NCBI GenBank assembly: GCA_009914755.4 | Contig: CP068257.2 | Location: 29,760,001-29,824,000, forward strand | Origin: the human T2T-CHM13v2.0 reference genome, Homo sapiens | Reading direction: 5' to 3' | Length of the DNA: 64,000 bases | Shown: positions 35,178 through 56,711 of the stretch, piece after piece | Layout: each line of letters begins with the position of its first letter | Position numbering within the stretch: the first letter of the stretch is position 1 | Translations under genes and position numbers: made by a program | Notes under the pieces: generated by a model | What the model was told of the DNA's origin: nothing | What the model saw: only the letters and a program-made list of their open reading frames with translations | The model's database searches: none

Positions 35178-35500
<323 letters not shown>

Positions 35501-35529
35501 AAGATCACCAATTAAAATTAAAAACATGG

Positions 35530-36262
<733 letters not shown>

Positions 36263-36573
36263 AACTAACTCTGCACCAAATAAGCTTCTAATTTCCACTG
36301 CACTTGTTAATACCCCTTCCTATATATGTGTCAGCTAATTTACCTTCTCGTTTTATTGTTATTATGATTAGTAAGTCCCCAGGACAGGAGAGGGTGGTAT
36401 ACCTATTACTCATGATATACATTAAGCGATTCTCTCGAGGTTCAAAGCCACTAATGTTTACTTGTTGCAAAGTCAATTTAATTAAATATATATACACAAA
36501 ATACACACAACTCTTCCCTTTAAAGGCTGGAAATAAACAATTCAAATGGAAACCTCAAGATGTAAAAGGAGAG

Positions 36574-36926
<353 letters not shown>

Positions 36927-36964
36927 TCATATCCTACTCTGGTGGCAGAATTGATACAACCTAA

Positions 36965-37300
<336 letters not shown>

Positions 37301-37897
37301 TAAATTGGCAACATCTAAAGACTCAAAAATATTCAGACCCTTTGACCCATTAATTCTTTTTCTGAGGATCTGTCCCAAGGAAATGATCCAAGATTTAGAA
37401 AACGTTGCACATGGAAAAAAAAGACATCCACTGCAGTATTTCCTAAGAAGAGAATAAAAATTGGAAATACACCCCGGGGAGGCGGAGGGCTGTGCCCTGC
37501 CACTGTAGCTAAGTGGGACCTCATTTCCCAGAATTCCCTCTCCTGGACGGCAGGGAGTGAGTGGCAGCCATGGGGGAGTTTGCACAGTATGTGAAGGCAG
37601 GAGGGGAGAAGCAGGTCAAGCAGAGTTAGGCGTGGGCGCACCACCTGTGGCTGCAGCCTCCCACAGTCCCTTGGGCTCCTGGGTCAGGCACTGTGCAGTC
37701 CAACAGCCAGGGCGTGGAGTCTTCTGTGCACCGCTCCCAGTCATCCAGATGGGAAGTGGAAGAAACAGACATGGGCTCCACCGCGAACTGGCTCCGCCTA
37801 CTCCACATGTTACTTTTCTTCTGGACTCCTGGCCCAGCCAGAGGCAGAGACAACAGTCTTCCACAGACTTCTTTCAGCTCCCAAAGTTGCACAGGGG

Positions 37898-38337
<440 letters not shown>

Positions 38338-39529
38338 CTAAGTAAACCCCAGTGCAGCACCCATGGAATAGGAAACACTTGTTAAATGAATATTTACAAA
38401 TGATTTAAGGCCACCTGCAACACAACCGTTTTTACCACTAAATGGGAAAAACATCAAGCTAGCTTTTATACTTATGTATTATGTATAATAAACAAAGACC
38501 AGACAAAGGGGGAAAAAAGATGAAATCAAAGTATACCTGCAAAATAAAAATAGTTTCAGTCTAGGCTGAACTGAGTTAGCTTTTGATTCTTCCGTTCTTA
38601 AAGTTTCTGTAGATTTTCTGCATGGATTTGTTTTAGAATTAAAATTCTCTGAAGATTTTGTATGAATTTCTAAGAATTAGGTTCTAAATTCTTTATTGTT
38701 TTCTTCATTTAAATTCCTTATTGTTCTGTATCTTTTCCTCCACTCTCACCTTAGATTTTGAGTCTATCATAAAGTAATTTTTCTAATTTAAAAAAGCCTC
38801 TATTTTTTGTATATATGTAACAGAATTGCAAATATGATTACTTCATTTCACTGCTAAAAACATCTTTGGTTGTTTTCCAGAAGAAAAGCCAAACTTCTTG
38901 GCATGATCTGGCCACTGATCTTGCCAGCTTAGCTCATCTTATAACCCTGACTTAAGAATATGTAATAGTAATAATAAGAACATAATGACAATAATAATAA
39001 TTCTCATCCCCAGAGGTGACCAGGCCCTTTGATTGTTCTGTACTTCTGCATGTATGGGTCTCCTGGCTTGAAAATGCTTTCCTTCTCCCCCTTATCCACT
39101 GGAAGAACAACCACTCATCATCTAAGACTTAACTTGAACTTGGCTCATCTGAAGACCTACCTAATTCTGCACCGCCTTCAACTTCACCTCCCAAACTACT
39201 CTGAGATGCACTCCACGTATGTTCAGTAGCTCTTACCAGACTGTACTGAATGTGTCCATCTCTCCAGCTGTAGGGCTTGTTAAACCTCTAGTTGTTGGGC
39301 TATACCCCTAGAATTTCTGATTCAGTAGATTGGGGGTGGATGGGGGTGGGCAAGAATGTGCATTTCTAGCAAGTTCCCAGATGATGCTGATGTTGCTGGT
39401 CTGGGAACCACAGTGGGAGAACCACTGAGCTAGACTCTGAGACTCTTGAAGGTGGGGACTTTTATTCAATGTTGCATCCTAAGGCCCAAGAACAGTACCT
39501 GACACTTACTGCAAGATTGGTCAGAAATC

Positions 39530-39990
39530 ATTTTATTTATTTTACTTTTTAAAATACAGTCATATATAGTCACACATCACTTAACAACAGATACATGTTC
39601 TGAGAAATGCCGTTAGGCAATTACGTCACTTTACGAACACTAGAGAGTGTACTTAGACAAACCCAGATGGTACAGCCTTTTGCTCGTAGGCCAAAGCCTG
39701 TACAGTATGGTACTGTCCTGAATACTGCAGGCAACAGTAATACAATGGTATTCGTGTATCTAAACATATCCCAATAAAGAAAAAAATACAGTCAAAATAT
39801 GAGATCACCGTCATATATGCAATCTTATGGGACCACCATCATGTATGTGATCCCTTAACCGAAATGCAACATGCACTGCAAAATGACTGTAAACAAAATC
39901 CTTTCCCATACACATGGCTGCCATCACTAGAATGCCACATCGCATGCTATGCAGAGTTACATGCCATCTTACAACTAATTCCTTGATCAT
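39530..39990. mobile_element. Probable Tigger/TcMar-type DNA-transposon derivative (internally deleted)
   Basis: Segments cacttaacaacag...gttctgagaaatgccgttaggcaatt...ctagagagtgtacttagacaaacccagatggtacagcc...gtatctaaacatat...aatcttatgggaccaccatcatgtatgtgatcc...ccgaaatgcaacatgc resemble Tigger terminal regions as I recall them. Confidence 0.45.
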
Positions 39991-40030
39991 ATCTTTGTGA
40001 AATCTGGAAACCTTAATAAATATGGGGTGA

Positions 40031-40362
<332 letters not shown>

Positions 40363-41739
40363 TCCATACTCTTTATTCTGCCACTGCGTTTCTACCTCTA
40401 TAATGATGACAGGCTGGCAGTACCAAAGCGAGGAGCCAGAGTTGGGTGATCTGGCCTGCTTTCTAAATTACCTTCCTGGTAATAGTGACCATGGCCTTCC
40501 CAGACACACTCTCCGGCCAGTTTGTGAAAAAGCCATAGGAATGCAGAGAAGAAAAGCAACTCCACTTGTAAAGACTGGAAAGATGCGGCAACATGCATGA
40601 AGTGGGAGGGGAAGGCACAGTAAGAAAGATTTTCCAGGGAAACAGTAGAAACAAACACAGGGGTGTTAAAATAAATGACATGCCCCTGCAGTGTCAGGAA
40701 ATGTGCCTTGTGGATGAAATAGAATGTGTGATGGGAGACGGGAGCAGAAAATAATTTGGGGCCAGACTGTGGAAGGTCTGAAGTGCCGTATCACAAAGAT
40801 CAGACTTTAATCTGTATGTGGTCGCTCCCGTCAAAGGGGAGTGGCAATGATCAGAATTACATGTCGGAAAACAACTCTAATGGCTGGATGAATGATAAAA
40901 GGGGCATTGGAGGGGACATTCTGTGCATTACAGATAAAGAAATGCCAAATGAAACTGCAAGGGAAACATGTAACAAATTTAAATGTATGTGGGTATGTCT
41001 TTATCCAACATTGAAGTAAAGGCCTTTTGTGTTCTCTTTTCAGTCTCTCTCATTTCATTTCCAAAACAACATAAGGTAGATAAATAACCAATTGAAGCAA
41101 TAGGTACTAGAGAAATTGAAAGCCAGAGCTCTTCAGAGCAGGGGAGTCACCCAAGCCTTCCTAGATTTGATCCTAGCCTTTAAAAAGTAAGAAAGACTTC
41201 ACCAGTATGAATGATGCCATTTATAGTTATTGGTATCATTTAGAGCTATGCAGAAGAGCTAAGTTTGCCTTGCTCTTTACAGCCAAAATCTTCTGAAATG
41301 TGCCTTAAACCCAAATTAACATCATTCAGGTGATTAGGTTGAGCAAACTGGGTAGAAGGAGAATGAAAACGAATACATCAGTTATGCCATTTGCAGATAC
41401 AACCTCTGAAAGTAAATGGAATAATTAGATTTATACTTCAACTGCAATAATGCTTTATGGTCCATTCTTTTAGTTGGAAGCTAGGGCAATGCATACCAAA
41501 CTCTGGAAACTCAAATCATTCCTTTTAGAACAATTTCTCAGAATATAAGAAGAAAAGGAAGCAAATTAAAAAAAGGATTGATCCCTTGGAGGCTGAGAGA
41601 TTTTAATTATCCTTTAAGATGAGGGTGGTAATTGACTTATACTCTGAAACATCTTAACTCAGCGCTCATACACAGACACAACTTAATGATCAGATTGTCA
41701 GGGAATACGTTATTCCACACATGTGAATTTACCACATAA

Positions 41740-42053
<314 letters not shown>

Positions 42054-43627
42054 AAATGTCCAAATATTTGTTTAAATGTGTTTAAATCCCTATTTTTAAA
42101 GAAAAAAAAAGGCATTGTAAAATATATTGCAGAACTTCTACATCCAGCTAAGATGCAGTAACAAGGACCAGATTTATACTCCCACCTGAAACAATTTAAA
42201 AATTGGACAAAATCTATGAAACAATGGTTTTCAGACACTGAACAACAGGTAGCACAGGACACTGATCTCTAACAGACTAAATACCAAACAGATGAGCATT
42301 ACGATCTGCCCCAGTGTCCCGGCTGCTAGGCCTTAGCACAGGGAGAGGGAACTCGAGCAGAATCTGTGGTGCCCTGGAGTTGAGAAGTTGAAGCTGAAAT
42401 AGATAACCATGCCACCATTTGAAATGGGCATGCTAAAGCGTTTGCTTCTTGATGGCAAATGGTCACTTGTATACTATGTTATGCTCGAATATTGTGAAGA
42501 CCATGGTTAAGAGCTGGAAAGATCTCTTCTCAATACTGTTAAACTTTTAAAAATTCAGACATGCTCTTATAATGAATTTTTACTTCCTCACTTCCTAACA
42601 GGCCATCACTGCAACTAACCACAACCGTGTTTTAATTGCAGTTATAGTTAATTGCACCTTCCATCTTTTGAGTCCCAAACGCAGTAGCTCTGAGTGTGTG
42701 GACAGGCTCTAGGTGAGACACACAGTGACCCTCCAGAGTGAAGCACTACTACAAGGACTGTGGTGAGCTCTGTGTTAACAGCTTGGCCGTCCCAGTTCTC
42801 TGTAATGTCCCACGGAGACTTTTGCCAACAAGTGACCTCTGGCCTGGCACTCAGTAGGCATGCAATGAATAACCACTGAACTAATTAATTACTTAGTAAA
42901 CGAATGAAGTATTATGGTTAAAAGTCTCAGGCAGCATGTATCCTCTTTGCTAAATTCATATGCTGTTCATATTTAGATCAGTCTGAACAGACTACGGAGA
43001 TGTCTTTGGTACTGAGCAGATTCTTGGCTTCCTTCCCTAAGAGTGATCCCCAACATTCTTGCCAAGAACTTCGGGGCCACTGGCCACACCACCCCTTTGC
43101 CTGAACTGAACCTGTTTGTAAAAGAACACTGGAACCCACATTGCACACCAGCAGTCTCAGCCTTCACGTCTTTAAAACTAACATCCTGCTTCATTCAAGT
43201 TAGTCTTTAAAATGCTCTTCGTCTTCAAGTTTAAGGCAAGAAGATAAAAAGGGTTTACTTTATGCACCCAGGAATTACTCTAAAGATACATGCTTATAGA
43301 GTAACTTTAAAGTTACTCTAAAGATACATGCTTATAAGGTCACAAGATGCCTTGTCAATTGTTGTAAACAAGATTTTAATTAATTCCAGGAAATTGATGA
43401 ATCTAATTTTCATATAAAAAGGCCCAGTGGAATTTGAGCCCTGAATCATTCATACACGTTTGCTGCATGTAGTACTAATGACAATAGTACTAATTTTCAT
43501 TCACACAGCAACTTATAGATTATGGGATGAAACTAAGTAGGCAGCTCCCATTCACATTACAGAAAGCAAATGAAAAATTGGCCTAGTGTTTCTTGGCCCC
43601 ACTTTGGTTCATAAACTTCTACACTGC

Positions 43628-43992
43628 CATCAAGATCTGCCATGGTTTGAATGTGTTCCCCAACATTCAAGGGTTAGAAATTTAATCTCCAATGCAACAA
43701 TGTTGAGAGGTGGGACCTTTAAGAGGTAACTAGGTCAAGAGGGTTCTGCTCTCATGAATGGATTAATGTCACTGTCTTGGAAGTGGGTTCGTTATAAAAA
43801 CAAGCTCGGCCCTTTCTTGTTCTCTCTCACTCTCTCTCACCATGTGATGCCTTGCATCAGGGCAGCAAGAAGGCCCTCACCAGATGCAGCCCCTTGATCT
43901 TGGACTTCCCAGCCTCCAGAATCATGAGCCAAATAACCTTATATTGTTTATAAATTATGCAGTCTGTGGTATTTTGTTATAGCAGCCCAAAA
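43628..43992 (+). mobile_element. L1 3'-UTR-type repeat (same family as 290-640 and 45500-45875)
   Basis: ccatggtttgaatgtgttccccaacattcaagggttagaaatttaatctccaatgcaacaatgttgagaggtgggacc ... ccatgtgatgccttgcatcagggcagcaagaaggccctcaccagatgcagcc...cttggacttcccagcctccagaatcatgagccaaataacc...tgtggtattttgttatagcagcccaaaactaagaca. Confidence 0.5.
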
Positions 43993-44321
43993 CTAAGACA
44001 AGATCCTTCACATATGCCACCTCCTCCATAAAGCCTCATTTTATATCTGTGAAGAAACTTGGCTATTCAACCTCTATTGTCCCATAGAACTTTGTTCTCA
44101 TCCCTACAGCAACACTTACTGCACTATGGTGGGATCTATCTATTCATTTATCAGCCTCCACTATAGACTGCAGGCTCCTCCAAGGACAAGCACCACGTAA
44201 TATACACGTCATTCAATCACCAGTGTCCACCACTGCCTCTGGCACATGGCAGCCACTTAATAAGCAAAGGACTCTTGTTCCCAAAAGATAAATTCATTTA
44301 TCTAAAGTATACGCCAGAGCC

Positions 44322-44988
<667 letters not shown>

Positions 44989-45209
44989 TTACATTTTTCT
45001 TATCTCAAAAGTAATGTCTTTGTAAAAGAAAAAATTTGGTAAAATATCACATTATGGAGAAAATAGTTCTCCACTGTTCAAACTATAGGTTTCCGGTCTA
45101 TTTTTAATGTAAATATATCAAAGTTAAGCTCATATTATACATAGTTATTGATCTAATTTATTTTATATCCAATATCTTAAACATACTCCCATGTCACTAA
45201 AATATTATG

Positions 45210-45496
<287 letters not shown>

Positions 45497-45499
45497 CTA

Positions 45500-45875
45500 C
45501 ATAATAGGGTGGTATGGTTTGGATTTGTGTTCCCACCCAAATCTCATGTTGAATTATAATCCCCAATGTTGGAGAAAGGGCCTGTGGGAGGTGACTGGAT
45601 CACGAGGGTGGACATCCCCCTTGTTGTTCTCATGACAGTGAGTGAGTTCTCACAAGATCTGGTTGTTTGAAAGTGTATAGCACCTCCACCCTCTCTCTCT
45701 CTTCCACCTGCTCTGGCCACGTAAGAGTTGCCTGCTTCACCTTCTGCCATGAAAGTAAGTTTCCCGAGATCCCCCAGCCATGCTTCCAGTATAGCCTGGA
45801 GCACCATAAGCCAATTAAACCTCTTCTCTTTATAAATTACCAAATTTCAGATATTTCTTTATAGCAGTGTGAGAA
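45500..45875 (+). mobile_element. L1 3'-UTR-type repeat
   Basis: gggtggtatggtttggatttgtgttcccacccaaatctcatgttgaattataatccccaatgttggagaaagggcctgtgggaggtgactggatcacgagggtgg...cttctgccatgaaagtaagtttcccgag...ccataagccaattaaacctcttctctttataaattaccaaatttcagatatttctttatagcagtgtgagaacagactaatac. Confidence 0.5.
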
Positions 45876-46139
45876 CAGACTAATACGTATGGATATTCCA
45901 TAACTTACTTAACCATTTCTTTCTTTTTGGACAGTTAGATCACCTCTGGTAGTTGAACATTCAAAAAATTATCTCAGCTTGCTTTCTTAATAAGAGGTTA
46001 ACCCTTCCAAGATGATGCTGCAGGAATTCATGAATGGAGCAGCTACCCTCATCAACTACTTTTTACTAACCCCTTAAGCACAAGACAACAAAAGGTCCCA
46101 AGACGTGACCATGTTACTAGGCCACACATACATATGTAA

Positions 46140-46502
<363 letters not shown>

Positions 46503-47203
46503 TAGGGCACTGGAGAGAATGAAAAGATCTGTGCACAAACGTACCATCAGCTCACCTGTCATGATGTAACCCTTTTCCCTCTTTTTCTTGCATGTGTCCT
46601 GCTCTCTCCCCCAAGTCCTCTTTTGTATCCCACTTCTTACTACCAACTACCTGTTAAGAAACCCTCCAAAAGTCAAAAGTCTCTGTCTCAGTGCTATTGG
46701 CATTTTGGGCTGAATAATTCATTGTCACAGGGAAAGAGAGAAGTTCTGTGCATTGTAGGATGTTTGGCAGCATCCCTGGCCTCCATCCACTGGGATGCCA
46801 GTAGCAACCCACAACAACCCCACTATGACAACCAAAACCAACTCTAGACATTGCCAACTGTCTATCTCCTAGAAGGCAGTTTCATCCCCAGTTGAGAAAC
46901 AATAATCTAAATTGATCATTTACTTATTTGATAATAAACGCAAGAAAGAGATCCACTAGAGCTGTGAGAATTCAGTTTCAATTACATTAACATGCTGACT
47001 ATAATCACTTGGTAGCGATTACCTGATGTCATGCAGGGGAAAGTGCTATCGTTGATTGGGGATGTCTGCCACAGGTTGGGGAAGGGCAGCCTGCCATCCC
47101 CACCACCTCACCAGAGGCAGCTGAACAGGAACAGGGGGTAGCCACAGTGATTAAAACTAGACTTGGCCCCAAGAGACCCAGACCCAATACCATCTTTCCT
47201 TGA

Positions 47204-47576
<373 letters not shown>

Positions 47577-48562
47577 TGATTATAACATCCTACGAAATGA
47601 TCCCCAGAAGAAACTACAGTTGACCAGTCATTAATATGTATAAGCTTCCTATTCTATCCAAGCACGCTGTACGCCATCAAAGGCTGGTAAGAAATAGAAC
47701 TTACTTTACCCGCATCCTCAAAAAGTTGGCAGCACTGAGTGCTAACCCAGAAACCATAATTATCGTGAAAAGAAATAGAACCACTTTCTGCTGAACCATG
47801 TAATCTATGTTTAAAAAAGAGGGAGGGGTCTCTCGAAGAACCACTGGTTGTCTAAGAATATAACAGCTAGTGTAGAACAAACCAGACTGAGATGGAACAA
47901 AACCATGGATGGCTGATGCTTCCCATTGTCAATAGGGTCTTGATCACCGGCAATGTAACCTTGCAGTTACCTAACCTCTCTGTGTCTCAGTTTCCCTCGT
48001 TTGGTAAAACAGGGAAAAAATAGTACTCATACCTCCTAGTGTTGTTAAGATGAAGAAATAAGAGAATAACAAAAGCCATATGCAGTAAGTATTCTACAAA
48101 CGTTAGCTAATATTGTGTGATGTCAGAACTATATTCAATCGAGAAAGCATCCAACAGCTTGTGTCATATTTGCCAGCAGCGTAGCAACTGAAGGTGTTAA
48201 GAAATGAGAAACTCAGAAAAAGTCTCACTCAAAGGCTGTATTCACAATCTAGCTTTCCCTTATAATTTCAGTGTGCTCAAACTACATCTCATGCAGGTCC
48301 AAATATTTCTTCTTACCTAGTCCTTAGTGGAATTAAGAAAATCTGATCACCACACTGCTGACTCCCCCAGTCCTCAAATATCTGATTATAGCCTAATTCC
48401 TGACACAAAATAAACCTAAATTCTTGGCCTTTAAAAAAAAGTCACAACACAAATGACCAAGTTAATACAGATGCTATCAGGGTTGTCCTGGTCCCAGATC
48501 AGTGATTCTTAGCAGAATAGGTTAAGAAAACCTTTAGATTTCCAATGGATTGAAAGACAAAT

Positions 48563-48883
<321 letters not shown>

Positions 48884-49727
48884 TTAATTAGTTGCAAAGG
48901 AAAACATGCATTTACATTTTCTGTGTTCCCCATTCTAGTTCCCAGCACCCCATCGTGGAAGGAAACACATAAGGTAATATCTCAGTGGGTTCCCAGAGCA
49001 GAAGAGTCACAGCAAGATGATTATGGTGCCTATTTAATCAGCTGGTCTTAACAGGTCACCATGCTTTTATGAACTCAGGATATGGGAAGAATCCTTTGTG
49101 ATTTTGCTGGTTCAATTTCTCTCTTCATCTTAGAGGGAAATGCTTGCCTTTTTCCATGTGAAAGCTCACAGCACAACAGAATCATGGCCCATTAGGGTTG
49201 GAAGGAACTTAGCAAATATTATAAACAGCATTTACCAAGGTGTGGCCCAAGCATCCCCCTGCATAAGAATCACATGTGACACTTGTTTAAAATGCAGATT
49301 CATGTGTTGGTATTCAACAAACTCATTCCTTCTTAAATGTGGCTGCATGGCTTGACTCTAGCCAATAAGGAATGTGAGTGGGAAAGATGTGTCTGCCCCT
49401 CTCACAAACCTGCAAGCACTTTCCCCTTCTAGGACTTGAGTCCCAGGAATATGGCAATGTTGGAAGGCACAAGTTGGCGATAGCAGAGCCACAATATGGA
49501 AGGAGCCTGGGTCCTGGAATCACCATTTGGTAAAGAACTTTTATGTGGACAAGAAATAACCTTTTGTTGGGTTAAGCCACTGTAATTTCAGACTTTGTTC
49601 CAGGATTGAGCCTTCCCTACCTAACATACAGGCTTCCTATCTTAGACATAGCAAGTAAGATCTGGAGGTCACTGAAGAAAAAAATTGACACTTGTTAAAA
49701 GAGTAATGAAGACTTAATTCAAAACTA

Positions 49728-50070
<343 letters not shown>

Positions 50071-50211
50071 AATAAGGGTATTGTAACAGGGAAAAGAGAT
50101 CAAGCTCAACTCCAAACACAGCAAGGACAAGTGAGAACTTACAGCCAAGGAGTGAAGCTGAGAGGGTCAGTCAATGGACAATTACTAAGACGTAACGTCA
50201 GGAGTAGGGAG

Positions 50212-50513
50212 TTTTTTTTTTTTTTTTTTGAAACAGAGTCTCCCTCTGTTGCCTAGGCTGGAGTGCAGTGGCACGATCTTGGCTCGCTGCAACCTCCACC
50301 TCCTGGGCTCAAGTGATTCTCCCACCTCAGCCTCCTGAGTAGCTGAGGCTACAGGTGCACGCCACCATGCCTGGGTAATTTTTGGATTGTTAGTGGAGAC
50401 AGGGTTTCACCATGTTGGCCAGGCTGGTATGGAACGTCTGACTTCAAGTTATCTGCCTGCCTCCACCTCCCAAGGCACTGGGATTACAGGCATGAGCTAC
50501 CACGCCCAGCCGG
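50212..50513 (-). mobile_element. Alu SINE (minus)
   Basis: T22 gaaacagagtctccctctgttgcctaggctggagtgcagtggcacg ... gagctaccacgcccagcc. Confidence 0.9.
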
Positions 50514-52696
50514 GAGATTCTTGCAATCTTGCAAAACTGGCCTAACAGAATTCTTGCTAAAGACAGGCCAAGGACTTACACATCAAAGGTGGAAAATGAG
50601 GAACTTGATCAGATTATCAAGGGTGGTCAGATATCAAGAATGAAAGGATAACCTAGCAGGATTCTTTGCGAAGACTGGAATGGATAAGCCAAAGAGAGGA
50701 TGGGGCCAGGGTCACAGCCTAGTCAAAAAGAGGGCTCAGAGGAGCCTGACTACAGTTTCATCAAGGAGGGAATTATTGTCAAGGTAGGGCTCTGGAATTC
50801 TGTATTTAACAAGCTCATTAAGATTTAGAAAGAAAAATAAGCTGAGGAAGGAGAAAGACCATGCACCAGGTCACATATGCAAATATGAGACGGCCAGGAC
50901 CTGAAGAAGTCCCCAGGGACTGGTCAGGTTGGATCCAGTGTTTCAATGAACTAGTGTATTAAATAGCAAATTGCAATGCGGCTCCTATGTACATGTTACC
51001 CAGGATTGAAAGCAACTTTGAACTGCCTTGGAGCAATTTCCACAGAAAGCGTATCTGCCTGAGAAGTAGAAACCTTGGACTGTGGAGTTTCATTTTACAA
51101 CTTTAACTCTGAAAAAACAAAGGGAAAAGAGGATGGAAAGGAATGGGTTACAAAAGTGCCCAACATGGGACAAGGCCAGGGCTGTTGGACTCCCCAGCTG
51201 CTTTTGGTCATTGGGAATAATTAAACCCCCTAGTAACAGACAAGAAATAATGAACAGACATATCAGGGCCAGCTCCCCAGATATTATAAAAGCATGGGAA
51301 GTAGGGGAGGCAACATCTTCCCACAAGACAATTACAGTAGAGATGCGTCCATAACCCAGAGTCTATGGACCACGCTGCTGTATGTCAGTGGTTTAATTCT
51401 TTTCCTTTTAAGGAAAGATCTGATATTTTAATGGTTTTTTAAACGTTATCATGCAGAGCTAAGTGTTAATATTCTTTCAATGCATTCTCCTGCTTTTTAG
51501 CCTCTCTTGCCTTCCTTGCAAATCTGCCTGTTGAAGCCCTCCTTGACCATCAAGGACCAGTTTAAATGCCCTCATGTAAGAAGTCTCACCTGACCCACAA
51601 CCACCACCACCCACCACTGGAAGAAAATCCCCTGATATCAGACTCCTGTGGTCCATCAGTGGTGAATCTCTTTTAGCTTCTGAAATATAATTTCTGATGT
51701 TTATTAGAGGCAAAAAGAATCATATTTTATAGCCATGGTTTCTACAATGAGCCCTGAACTATTGTGGTTTTCCAAGTTTTCATTCTCAAATAAGCTCAGA
51801 GCATCCCTATCCCTCCTGCAAATCCCTAAAAACTGGAATTTGAAATTCATTGTATGCAACATAAATCTGACTGGTTACATAATATAAAACATCAGACAGA
51901 GCTGGCTTCCATTCAAGTCATTTAGAACATGTTTCATAAAAGCTGAACCTCATGGGAGGCAGCCTCTCAAAGCCAAAGCAAAGCTGCAGTTCATCCTTAG
52001 ACCCTCCTTGGTCTCAAATTAAAATATCCAGGAGGATAGAAATTGATGAGATTTCATTAAGTAAAAAATTTCATGAAAATCAATCCTAACCTCTGTAGCT
52101 CCCAGCAGCGGGATCTGTGTTTATATGAACAGCATTAAAGATAAGCTGTCCCACGGAAATTACAGCAGCAGTTATCAAACAACTTTAATGCACTCTTAAG
52201 TAGAGGCACTAAAATTTAGAATTCGCACTGGCTTTTCTGTCGTTCACGGCGTGGCGCTGAGTCAGCCTGCAACCACACAAGAAAACAGCTGTTGAGAAAT
52301 ACAGCTTCCTGATTTAAAAATAAAATCAGTAAATTTCTACTAAAAGTTTCTGCTAAATTCCTTATTGCATTCTATTTCAAAGGAGGGGTGAAATATCTAG
52401 AATGCCACGATGGTTTTTAAGCATAAGGGGTTGGATCTGATGAATTTCATGTTTGTGCTCTGGGACTTTACTAGAAAAAAATGAGGGATAGATGACTAAT
52501 TGCTACAATATTAATTTCATACTTACATTCCCCATAAGGCATGAAGCAAAATTTGTCAGCTTGAGGGAAATGAGACTGGACTAATTATCAGGACCTCAGC
52601 AAATAATGATCCAATATCCAAAGAACTGCAGTCTGCCATGAAATATTTGACAATTCTTTTAAAAAGTCAGCAAACTTTTCTAAGAAGAGAACGCAG

Positions 52697-53140
<444 letters not shown>

Positions 53141-53808
53141 CTAATGTGAGAAACAGTCTATGATGATGAGTGAATCTTGACTTTGAGCAACACACGGAAA
53201 CTCCAAGGCCTCAGGTTTTGTTTTTAAATCTATTAAATAAAGAATCTAGGCTCATTGTATTACTGTGCCCCTGCTGGCTTCAACCTTCTGTAATGCTAAG
53301 ACCAGCCTCACTCTGTTTAATACGTGTGTCTTCCAGAATGTTCTTTAACCACAGTTCTTCTGTATGACATTTCCTCTGGTTTTGCTGAAAGAGGGGCAAT
53401 GGCTACTCCAAAAGACTCCTTTATGTAAGTTCCAAACTTTGTGGAAAATAATCTGGTAAATCCAGGAGATGTTATATTCCCACTTGCCATTCTGGATGTC
53501 GTCTATTAATTCCAATTAATAGGGACACAGCTCATTGGTGACTGCATGGAATTCTATCACCCCAAATGCTCACCTCTCACTGCCTACCCTGCAGAAATCT
53601 CAGGCACTCAAACTGCAGGCAGTATCCAAAGACCTGTTCTCTTCATCAGGAGACCCAGGAGATCCCCAATCCTTGTAAAATTCAAGAGTTTATTCAAGAC
53701 TATCAACCATTGTTTCCTGGATCGGACTATACCCATTACATTTTAACAGCCCTCTCTGACTCAGGGACATGAGTACAGCCAGGGGGAGGAGGGGAGGAGA
53801 GACGCTAA

Positions 53809-54290
<482 letters not shown>

Positions 54291-55007
54291 TAGTTGCTTT
54301 CTACTTAAGATAGGTATGTAAGTCCTGGCTACATCATGCCTCATGACCCAAACAGCCATTCTAGGGGCACAGGCAGCAGGCAGCATGCATAATTCCATCT
54401 GTCTCATGCTAAGATTCACGGGTGATCACTTTCAAAGAGCATGCTGAACTTCTAGTGAAACTTTACACACTGAAAACTTACACACCACACTTTCATGGTG
54501 GACTGCAAGGTCAGTGTTTATGGACACTACTGAGAGAAGGCCAGGGAGAGTGATGAAGTATGAATATGAAAGATGCAGAGAAGGCAAAGAAAACAGAAAA
54601 GAAACACAAAGCTTATGTCCCTGACATAACGATGGGAGACAGTCACTCACCACAAACAGGAAATAGAACAAGAAAGACCTCTAGCCACAGTGGCAGGCAC
54701 CATAGCAGCAGCCGGGCCACGCTCAGCCAACCCACCAGAGCGTTTTCGTGCAAAATGTTATCGATGTGCTGCACATCTTCAGTGAAAACAAATGCTAAGC
54801 ACAGAAAAGTTGCAAATCTTGCAGTAAAAGCAAAACAGTAAAGTTCACATAGAAATACTTTATTCATCTTAAAGAAAAGATTTACTTTGAAGAAAGTAGG
54901 GTAGCTGGAGACATTCTTGGAAATTCTGGTTTGCAAAACCATTGGTTTTGTTTACTATCAGGGATTTTGTGTTAAGACAAATGATATCAGTATCATTCTT
55001 ACCCCTA

Positions 55008-55440
<433 letters not shown>

Positions 55441-56302
55441 GCAAGGAGAAGGAAAAAAGGAAAGAAAAATGGAGAAAGCAGAGAAATAGGAAAGAAATTC
55501 TCTGAAGATCAATAAATTAGAATAAAGGAGGAAAAATATGAGAGTGATCTGAATGTGTTAAAAACTGAACTGTGAGTTCGGAGATAAGAGGAGCAAAAGC
55601 AAATGGAAGTGAAGAGACTGTGGCTCACGTGTTTCCCTGAAGCATCTGCAGGAATGTTGGTCAGATGCCTGCTGGCCTGAGAAATGAGGAGGTGGACAGT
55701 GACCAGGGATGAGTGCTTGTACTAGTCAGGGTTCTCATGATAAACAGAATCTATACATATGCACATATATGCACAACACACATGTATATATCTGCATGAA
55801 GAGATTTATTATAAGGAATTGGCTCGTGTGATTATGGAGGTTAACATATCTGAAGATCTGCAGTTGGCAAACTGGAGAACTAGGAGAGCAATGGTGGAGT
55901 TCCAGTCCAAGGCTGAAAGCAGGAGGGAAAAAATGATGTCCTAGCTCCAAAGAAAGTCAGGCAGGAGAAATTCCCCCTCACTCAGGGGTAGGGCCCGAGT
56001 TTTGTTCCATTCAGGCCTTCAACTGAAAGGAGAGGAGGAGAGACGAGGCCAATATCTTTCACTCAGTCTACTGATTTCAAGGTTCATCTCATCCAAAAAC
56101 ACCCTCATAGAAACAACCAGAATATCTGACCACGTATCTGGGCACCTTGTGGCCCAGTCAAGCTGACACACAAAATTAACCATCACAGCAGTCATTGTGT
56201 AATAGGCCCCAAGAAAAACACATGAGGAACACTGGTTACTCCTAAAACATCTACATTGACCAAGATTAGAGGACAGAATCTAAATTAGAAGTGCAACTTG
56301 GA

Positions 56303-56711
<409 letters not shown>

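Noticed and set aside
52230-52275. Short CpG-containing stretch with a TGAGTCA (AP-1-like) motif (cgttcacggcgtggcgctgagtcagcc); likewise the stretch at 3385-3420
   Set aside because: Each is only about 40 bp, far below CpG-island criteria. A single consensus heptamer is expected by chance many times in 64 kb. No supporting promoter architecture is present.
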